A DNA stretch of 64,000 nt from Thecamonas trahens ATCC 50062 (Eukaryota > Protista > Apusomonadida): NCBI RefSeq assembly GCF_000142905.1, contig NW_013657657.1, positions 186,001-250,000 of the forward strand, given 5' to 3'. A model generated the notes under the pieces. That model saw nothing but the letters and a program-made list of their open reading frames with translations, was not told the DNA's origin and did not search any database. The position numbers and the translations under genes were made by a program. Shown piece after piece: positions 55,924 through 64,000 of the stretch. Position 1 is the first letter of the stretch; the number at the start of each line of letters is the position of its first letter.

Positions 55924-57859
55924 CTACTGCCACGACGGCCGGGTGCGATCGGCGTCACCGCCGACGACCAGCGACTTGCTTACCCTGCGCGACGCGGCGA
56001 TGCGCTTGACATACTCGGGCGCGTCGTGGACGCGCGGGCGGAAAGTGCAGTCCTCGAGCTCAGCGGCGGCGCGCTGGGCGGCGGCAGCGCGCTTGGATGC
56101 CTCGCGCTTGGCGCGCGCCCGCTCGACGCGCTCGACATACGAATGCGGGTCATCGCGGACGCGGAGGGCACCCTGGACACGGGCGTTGGCGCGGAGATTG
56201 AGCGCCGGCTCAAAGGTGAGCTCGTCGTCCTTTTCGGCCTCAAGGGCGGCGGCAGCAGCGGCCTGCTCGGCTTTGCGCTTGGCAAGGTCGCCGTGCGAGA
56301 GCTCCTGGACCGTCCGCGGCGCGCGCTTGGCGGCCTTGCGCGAGATGCGAGGACGGAAGGTGCACTCGGCCGGCACGCCGCCAAGTCCTGCGGCCTCGAG
56401 GTCCGAAAGCGTGCGTGAGAGCTCGCGCTTGGCGGCCGACGAGTAGTACCGCGAGATGAAGGAAGACGAGCCGGTCGATGCCACAAGCTTGGACGCCGCC
56501 GCCGTGATGACCGGCTGGTGGGTGAGCGCGGCAGCCTGCTCGGCCTCGAGCGCAGCCACCGACTTTTGCCGCCGCGCCACTGTCTCCTGCTGCCGCTTCC
56601 AGAACGAGTCAAAGCCTGCCGCCGACGGCTGCATTCGGCGCGACCGCTGCCGCCCCCTGTCAGCCGGCTCCACCGCCGGCCCGCGTGTTCGCGACAGCGC
56701 CCGCGAGCACGCCAATCGCTCGTGCGCCGGCTGGTCGAGATACATCTTGGCGCTCACAAACGACTCAGGCAGCTCGTTGATTCGCGGGTGGTGCGCCTGC
56801 GGATCTGCCGCAGGTGCCTCGACCTTGCGCGCCGGTGCCGAATACCGCGCCTTGGCCGCCGCGGCCTTGCGCGAGATCTTGGGCTTGAACGTGCACGCCG
56901 CGGCCTCCCTTGCGGCCTCGGCCTCGCGCATCTTCTTCTCCTTAGCGGCCTTGCGCGCTGCCCGTGCCGCCATCCGCTCCTGCATCGACGACCCACGCGC
57001 CGAGCGCGACGAGACCATCGACTTGGACCGCGGATTGATTCGCGGCTTGAACGAGCAGCCGTCGAGCTCAGACTCGGCCTTGACTGCCCGCTCCGATGCA
57101 ATCCGCGACTCGCGCTTAGCCAGCCATTCGTTCTCGCGATCGAGGAACGTTCCGGCCACCCTGGCCGCCTTGGCCGCGTTAATCTTGGGCTTGAACGTCA
57201 GTTCAGCCTCGGCCGCAGCCCGCACCTCCTCCGCCACCCGCTCCGACCGCATCACCGTCGGTGCAGAGTCGGTGAGCGCAAACTCGTACTCGTGCGGCAC
57301 TGGCGGCCGCGTCACCCCTCCTCCAGCGCCGGCCCCGGTCTTGGGCCTCCCAGCTGATGCCGCCAGCTTAGCCGCCGGCTCGGCGAGAGCCTCATCGCCC
57401 GGCGCAACCAACGTGCCCGATCGCGCTGCCTCTGACCGAGAAGCCACCGCCGCCGCCATCGCATCTGGATGGAGCGCGGCGGACGGATTGGCAGCAACCA
57501 AGTGCGAGACTGCTGCCGCGTGACTGTTTCATCCCCCATCACCAGCCGATACCAGACGCCGCCGGAGTTCTCGCGCCAAAAGTTAGTGCAAAGCCGAATG
57601 GCAGTGGCGCGCAGGGGGAGGGGAACATAGCGGGATGGGGAGGACGGAAGGGAGGGATACATAAGTCGCAAACTACATACGTAGAGGTAGAATGATGAGA
57701 AGAACTTGGATGGCTTTGTGTGGCACTGTTGCTGGCCTTCGACCGGCCGCGCGCCAGCTTCTGGATGCGGGCCATCATCTCCTTCTTGGAGATCTCGCCC
57801 CGCTTCAACTGCGAGGCGAGGTCAAAGAGCGCCTGCGCACGGGTCGGGGACGATGACAT
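55924..57859 (-). CDS. Basic repeat protein with (C)TFxP(K/R)I motifs, probably microtubule/cilium associated; intron 57680-57524
   Basis: LTFKPKIN, CSFKPRIN, CTFKPKIS, CTFRPRIS, LTFEPALN and CTFRPRVH; the GTATGT...CAG intron in phase 2 restores frame; CTAAC branch site. Confidence 0.75.
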
Positions 57860-58995
57860 GGGCTCGGCAAGGGAGTGGGTTGGAGTCACCACGCAGCCTT
57901 GGGCTTGCCCACAGAGTGCTCGAGTGGGGTGGGCTGGAGGCTTTGCTTTAGCAGGAAGGGGGGGGGGGGGGGGCGGGGGGAGGGGGGGGGAGCCAAGTCG
58001 GGCCTCGAGTCGGGATCTGGCGCGGAGGAGCAGGGGAGACGCAGAGGGGGGAAGGGGGGAAGGACGAAGAGGGATCGGGATCAGTATGGGTGACTGGCGA
58101 GCAAAGAGAGATATATCCAATGGACAGGATGGGTAGTGGAGGCAATACGGGATGAGGTAGTTGGTGATGGCTGTGATCGGATGGAATCATCGGCCTATTG
58201 GCTGTAGGGAGGGGCTTGCCCCCCCCCCGTCCCCTACCAATCACCAGCCGTAGCCCAGGTAGTGCAGCCCGCCTGGTGCTGCACAGATCAGATAATGTGA
58301 TCGAGTGACAGTGTGGTGTGATAGTGATAGTGAAGGAATGGTATTGATGTGTCGATCAACCCCTCCCCATTCCCCCCCCCTCCCCCCTCCCCGTCGATAA
58401 GCCCCCATACCCAGCTGTGTCGGCTTGTGCACGGCATTGGCTGGCACACGCGACTCGCAGGCGGGGAGGCCGAGACAGCGAGCGTGGGTGCGGGCGGGGA
58501 GAGACCGCAATCATGATTGTACGCATGGCATGGAAGTGGGTATCGTGACATGGGAGGAGGGAGGGAGGGGGGGGGGGGGGGAGCGGGGAGGGGGGGGGAG
58601 AGGGGAGGGGGGGGAGGGGGGGGGAGGGGAGGACTGTCGTGGTCGTCATCACACACTTGTGGGAGAGGAGGCACTCGCGGTGGAGCGGATAGATGATGTG
58701 GTGTGGGTCAGTGAGAGGAACAAGGGGAGGAGGGAGGCGAAGGAGGCTGCATGGTTGTTGTGGTTGTACTCATATCCTCCGCCCTTGCATCATCTGGTCG
58801 GTCTGTTCTTGTCGGCACAACTCGGGTGTGTGCCTCTCTCCTGTCTCGCCCGTCTCGCCTGCTGCATCGCATCATCTCTTTGCCTCTCTGCCTCTGCCTC
58901 TGCCTCTGCCTCTGCTTCGGCCTCGGCCTCGGCCTCTGACTGGGTTGGCTTGCTGTGTCATGCGTGGCAAATCAACACAGTCCAAAGTAGCCAAG

Positions 58996-59919
58996 ATGTT
59001 CCTGATGGTGGTGGCGCTAGCGGCGCTGACTGTGGCGGTCTTTCAGGTTCTCCGGCTCAACTCTGCGCTCAAGTCGTCGACGTCGGACAATGATCGTGAC
59101 GTGGGTGTGCTGTACGGCTCGCTCCTCCTGTTCTCGCTCCTCTTCTACGTCTACTTTGCAGCCGATGGAGTGCTTAACGAGAACTTTATCCAGGTCCTGG
59201 CCTTTATGGCCTTTGCGGCGCTCTTTACCTTTTATGTTGTGTATCAGGTTGTGGAAGAGTCGAGCGCCGCGGCGATTGTACAGCTGGTGGTGGTGGCTGT
59301 GGCAGACATTGTGCTCGCTGGACTTGCGTACAAGCTGTACCTCATCTTTGGCTGGCAGGTGTACAAGCGGATCGGGTCCGACCGCGCCATCCGCTCGGCG
59401 TACAAGACATACCAGATCGCGCTGGCGCTGCTCAAGATCGACTTTCAGTTCCAGATTGTGCTTGTGGCTCTCAATCTGGTCCTCATTCTCGACGTCGACG
59501 ATCCCGAGTTCTACGTCAACGTAGCCGCCATTCCGCTCATCATTGCAGCGGTGGTGGTGGCGGTCCTCGGTCTGCGGCACGAGAACAAGCCGGCAACGTT
59601 GATCTTTGTCGTCCTCGCCGCCCTCGAGCCGTCCTACATTGTCTTCCGCGTCTACCGCCTCCTCACCCGCTCCAAGTACTCGGGACTGCCGCGGCCGCAG
59701 CTCGTCGCCATGGCCGTCATCGCCGTCCTCCTGAGGTACGTATTCCTGGCCGTCATCGCCGTCGCCTACTCCAACTTTGGCTCGGGCCTTCGCGAGCAGC
59801 TGTCGTCGTTCGGCATGTCCGCCGGCTCGGGCTCGCGAGCCAGCTCGGGCCGCGGCGGCAGCGGCCCTGGTCCCGCCGCAGGCGGCAAGTTTGAGGACAG
59901 AAGAATGACCGTGGTGTAA
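58996..59919 (+). CDS. UPF0658-like multi-TM (Golgi) membrane protein; possible upstream exon
   Basis: ENFIQV and FGWQVYKRIGSD...YQIALALLKIDFQF motifs; about 8 hydrophobic segments. Confidence 0.7.
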   Translation: MFLMVVALAALTVAVFQVLRLNSALKSSTSDNDRDVGVLYGSLLLFSLLFYVYFAADGVLNENFIQVLAFMAFAALFTFYVVYQVVEESSAAAIVQLVVVAVADIVLAGLAYKLYLIFGWQVYKRIGSDRAIRSAYKTYQIALALLKIDFQFQIVLVALNLVLILDVDDPEFYVNVAAIPLIIAAVVVAVLGLRHENKPATLIFVVLAALEPSYIVFRVYRLLTRSKYSGLPRPQLVAMAVIAVLLRYVFLAVIAVAYSNFGSGLREQLSSFGMSAGSGSRASSGRGGSGPGPAAGGKFEDRRMTVV

Positions 59920-59950
59920 ACGCAATGCCCTGTACATGGCCTACTGCGCT

Positions 59951-61017
59951 TTACCGCCTCTTGCTCAGAATCAGGTCCACGGCTTCGACAATCGAGGGAA
60001 CGACGTGGTCGGCCGGATGATCTGCCGCGTTCTCGCCGGGCGCCCCACAAAAGACCCCAGTGTGGACCAGAATCGAGGTCCACGCCTCGCCAGCCGCATT
60101 GGCGCCCGCGATGTCTGACGCAGGATTGTCGCCGACCGCATAGATGGCATCAAACGGAGCGCGGGCGCCAGGCCGGCGACTTTGCGGAGCATGGCCTCGG
60201 CGTACGCGTACGTCGTCGCCTCGGGCTTGCCAAACAGCGTTGCCTCGAGCTCCTGGCTGCCGCCGGTCGCGCGCGCATACAGCGCCGTCAGGCAGGTGAG
60301 GAATGCTCCCGAAGTCAGCCGCGGATGCGCCCACGCGTCGGTGTAGGCAAAGTCCGGGTTGGCGACGTAGAGCGGGACCGGCTGCTTCGCCGTCGTGGGG
60401 AACTGCCGTCGACTCGAAGGCGAGCCGTCCACAGAAAGGAGCACGTCCAGCAGCAACTGGAGCACCGGGCCCCAGTCTTCGGGCTCATGAATGATGAGGA
60501 TGGCGTCGAACGGTTCGATCGGATCGTCGGGAGACGCGAGCGTCGGCGGCGCAGCCGCACCTGGCGCGTCTTCTCCCGCGCCATCGGCCGCCATCAGCGA
60601 CGGATTCGACGTCCACTGTGGGACCAGGAACGGGCATTCGGCAAGCAGATCCTGGGCGGTGACGACGTTGGTGAAGCCGTAGTTGGCGAGGACGCCAGAG
60701 ACAAAGTCGGACGGCCCACGGCCGACCGCCAAGACCCGGGCAGAGCCGAGCTCTGGCGCGAGCGAGGCCATCGGCGACGATGAGAGCAGGATGCGATCAG
60801 GAGGTGTAAGCTCCGGCACACCAAGCGCCTTGGCCAGGACGCCGGCCTTGAGTGCCTCGGGCGCGCCTCCGCCATTAGTCACAAACACATACGCCAGTGA
60901 GGGCGACGCCGCTGCCAGCCGCTGCAGTGCCTCAGCTGCTCCAGGCACCGCCTCGCCACCGCGGAGCAGCACGCCATCGATATCGAGCACAACGCCCGTC
61001 TGTGCTGTCCCTGCCAT
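59951..61017 (-). CDS. HAD-superfamily IIA hydrolase, HDHD5/CECR5-like (frameshift at about 60152-60165)
   Basis: LDIDGVL, FVTNGGG, NPDF and FGKP; the -1 frame gives IYAVGDNPASDIAGAN...SILVHTGVF. Confidence 0.88.
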
Positions 61018-61514
61018 ATGGAGTGTGTGGTGTTGTGGGTACGGGGTTGGGGGTAGGGGGGGGGGGAAGGGAGGTGGTGCGGGTCCGGGGATGGCGTCGG
61101 CTGCACTGCTGCGGCAGCGGGGGGGAGGGGGGGGGGGGAGGGGGGGGACGGGCATAAGGTGAAGAAGATCAACGGAAGACAGAGCTGGAGGTAACTCAGT
61201 TAAAGATTGCCATCTCTACCACTCGATCCGTCTTCCACACATCAATGGCTTTAGTGATTGATCACAGTATCGTCACAAGGAGTGCGTCCGGGTGGCAGGC
61301 GGGTGGCCTTGCAGATGGCGCGGAGACGACATGGTGGCCCCAAGTGGTGGCGTGACGAGTCGTGGTGGTGGTGGTGGCGGGTTTGTGGGGAGTGCGAGGA
61401 ACACGACCCAGACAGACAGGCTGGTGTGTAGCAGGGGGGGTAGGGGGGCACTTCACCCACACCACCCACATCACACACTTCCATCCCACAGGCACCACAT
61501 ACAAGCATACAACC

Positions 61515-62583
61515 ATGGAGGGGGTGCAACACATCGACCTGCACACAGGCAACGTCATGAGCATGCCCGGCGTGGCCACATGGGGTGCACCCAAGGAGTC
61601 GGTACGCCCTCCCGCCCTCCCGCCCTCCCGCCCTCCCGCCCTCCCGCCCTCCCGCCCTCCCGCCCCGTCTTCCCCCCCTACCTCCCTCTTGCACTCACAC
61701 CTCAACTCCCCCCCCCCACCTCGTACAGCTTCATGCGGCTGTGGATGCGCTGCTCTCGGCGCCGGATACCGTCGAGGTTGTGGCCTCTGGGCCGGCAAGG
61801 GTGGTTCTCGGACGCAGGCACGTGCCGACCACCCACATCTCAGCACCGTTCTCGGGCATCCGTGAGGTCGCAGTCACGCTCTTCCTCTCAGACAAGGCCT
61901 CAGCTGATCAGATTGAGGATGCCATCACTGCAGCATGTGCAAGCATCCCGCCACCCGAGCCGGCCGAGTCGCCGGATGTCCGCCCGATGTGCGCGTCGGC
62001 AGAATCGATCGCCGCCGCCCCGCGAGTCGCCCGCGTCGCCCTTGCCCTGCCGAGCCCGGACATTGCCCGCCTCACAGAGCTCTGGCCGGCGCTGGCAAAG
62101 GCGGTGGCGGATGGCCTTGTTGGAGAGCTTGCAGTTGTCGACGTCTCGGCCGGCGATCTCGCCACCCTCTGCGACACCGTCACCACCCCGCCTACCATGG
62201 TCCTCATCTCCAGGGACTCGGGCCTGTACAGTCCCGATCTTGTGGACATCGCCAAGGCTCGCAACATTACCATCGCCGCCCACAACATGGCGCCGTGCGC
62301 AGAGATGCTCAGCAAGCTCCCGCTCTCCAGCCTCTGCTCGCTCCTCGCTCAGCGCGGTGTCTTTTCGCCGTCGCCGCTCGCGCCGCCAGTCTGCCCGATC
62401 TCCTCTACCGCCGCCACAGATGCAAAGCCCGCCTGGGTCCCCACCTGGCTCGCCATGGAGCAGACGCTCAACGTCTGCCGCTCGCTCATCGCCTCGCGTT
62501 CGTTTGTTGTCTCACTCGACATCCCGGAAATCTGCACTCGCTCGCTCGTCTCGGCGCCCGAGCCGAACCCGTCGCAGGAGTAG
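61515..62583 (+). CDS. GCLM: Glutamate-cysteine ligase modifier subunit-like; intron 61602-61728
   Basis: IDLHTGNVM N-terminus, VTLFL, LWPALAKAVADGLVGELAV, PDLVDIAKARNITIAAHN and PAWV...RSLIASRSF; GTACGC...CAG phase-0 intron. Confidence 0.6.
61605..61662. repeat. (CGCCCTCC)n octamer repeat within the intron
   Basis: Direct reading, about 7 copies. Confidence 0.9.
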
Positions 62584-62698
62584 ACCAGCCATGCCACGCT
62601 ACCTCTGCCTCCTCTTACTCTCTCCTTCCTCTTCTTACCCTGTTCCGCCAAAAACAAACGACCACAGCAATCGACGACGGCCTCGCCAGGCGTTCAGT

Positions 62699-63670
62699 CT
62701 ATGGCGGCGTGTACGGCGGCGCAGCCTCGTAGTCTGGCGCTTCTAGACCAGCAGGCGCCTCAGCCCACACGCCCGTCGTCAGAAACGTGATCATTGTCTC
62801 TAGCGCCGGCGCCACCTGCCCGCATCGCGCCACAGCCTCATCCGTGGCAGCCAGCACGCCGTCATAGTCAAAGCCCATTTCCAGCAGCTGCGCCACTCGC
62901 CCATCGACCCACACCGGGCCCGTCGCAGTGGCCAGTGCCATCACTCCGTCATCATCCCATTCCTCGTCCTTACCCTTACCCACGGCTGGTGAGCTCACCG
63001 GCACCCCGATGTGGATCTTTGGCCCGGCCGGCGGCGTGTAGACCGGCAGCTCTACGCTGTCGTCGTCACGCCGACTGCCACCGCCAACAGGCGCAACATA
63101 CGCTGGTAGATCCACATCCTCCTCGTCAACCACCTCCTTACCCTTGCCAACCACGTCCGGCGGTGGTGCCAAGGCGCCTGGCCCCAGCCGGACCGGCGGC
63201 GGACCGACCGGATCGCACGCATCGGCCTCGGCGTACGCCGGCGGCAGGACGGGACGCCGGATAGAAGCCGGGACCGCAGCAGATGAAACAGGCGCAACAG
63301 CCACGCGCTCTCCAGGCACATCAGTGGTGTGAGAGCCGGCTGTGCGGTCCGGCAGGCCACGGCCGCGCTGCAGAGTGGCAACGTGATCGGCGACCTCTCG
63401 GTAGCTGGCATCAAAGGCCTCCCACGCCGGTGCGGCATAAGGCGGTGGAAGACCAAGCAGGGCTGCACGGAGCGCACTAACAGCCTCCTCCCGGTCGTGG
63501 CGGGCGATGTGGATGCGGCGGGAACAGGACGATCGGCCGCAGCGGAGGGCAAAGACGGCGGTGGGCGAGGCGGCGCTTAGCGCCGAGAGAACGTCGGCGG
63601 CGGCAAGAACACAGCCACAGCCAGGAAAGGCAACCGTCTCTGCTCCAGGCGGAGCATCAGCCGAGGCCAT
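62699..63670 (-). CDS. Protein with a Cys/His N-terminal motif, multiple PY-like motifs and a UBA-like domain
   Basis: CGC...C...C N-terminus; PPPY, PPAY, LPAY, LPVY, APDY, APPY; VAQLLEMGFD UBA signature. Confidence 0.65.
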   Translation of the reverse strand: MASADAPPGAETVAFPGCGCVLAAADVLSALSAASPTAVFALRCGRSSCSRRIHIARHDREEAVSALRAALLGLPPPYAAPAWEAFDASYREVADHVATLQRGRGLPDRTAGSHTTDVPGERVAVAPVSSAAVPASIRRPVLPPAYAEADACDPVGPPPVRLGPGALAPPPDVVGKGKEVVDEEDVDLPAYVAPVGGGSRRDDDSVELPVYTPPAGPKIHIGVPVSSPAVGKGKDEEWDDDGVMALATATGPVWVDGRVAQLLEMGFDYDGVLAATDEAVARCGQVAPALETMITFLTTGVWAEAPAGLEAPDYEAAPPYTPP

Positions 63671-63774
63671 GTTCCAGAGCGGAGCGGGGCGAGAGAGAGC
63701 GCGCGAAAGAGAGAGAGAGAGAGGTGCGCCACGACAGTGGTACAGGAGGTTGCGATGTACGGGTGCGGGGGGGC

Positions 63775-63955
63775 NNNNNNNNNNNNNNNNNNNNNNNNNN
63801 NNNNNNNNNNNNNNNNNNNNNNNNNNNNNNNNNNNNNNNNNNNNNNNNNNNNNNNNNNNNNNNNNNNNNNNNNNNNNNNNNNNNNNNNNNNNNNNNNNNN
63901 NNNNNNNNNNNNNNNNNNNNNNNNNNNNNNNNNNNNNNNNNNNNNNNNNNNNNNN
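63775..63955. other. Assembly gap
   Basis: N run. Confidence 0.95.
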
Positions 63956-64000
63956 CTCCCTCCCCCCCCCGGAACTACACACACCACTCATGGAATCATT

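Overview
Gene-dense, GC-rich eukaryotic genomic window with short GT-AG introns (donor GTAYGY), Pol III tRNA genes and three assembly gaps. The gene content and style suggest a unicellular protist such as the apusomonad Thecamonas; that is an inference only. It holds about 30 protein genes, including a BTB protein, a J-domain/ankyrin/F-box/MYND protein, SIKE, an ERI exonuclease, DD3-3, NuSAP-like, RmlD-like, CCDC112, sestrin, ALYREF-like, an M28 peptidase, an RPL5 fragment, RPS29, OCA2/P-protein, an SSS transporter, NEK, LCAT-like, GNA1, UPF0658, HDHD5-like and GCLM-like genes. There are three giant surface-receptor-like genes (FG-GAP and/or beta-helix repeats, Cys-rich region, TRP-like multi-TM tail) and five tRNA genes (2x initiator Met, Gln-UUG, 2x Gln-CUG). 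The most notable observations are: (1) the octamer GCCACCCT exactly 9 nt after the oligo-T terminator of all five tRNA genes; (2) a tRNA with a Gln(UUG) anticodon loop on a non-Gln, Asn-like body; (3) tandem FG-GAP receptor paralogs with divergent N-termini, an almost identical downstream segment and a 70-bp templated patch; (4) a sestrin with a natural W444E-equivalent change in the leucine pocket; (5) six genes broken by the same one-base-missing frameshift, probably sequencing error; (6) a multi-hairpin non-coding element upstream of the RPS29 CDS.
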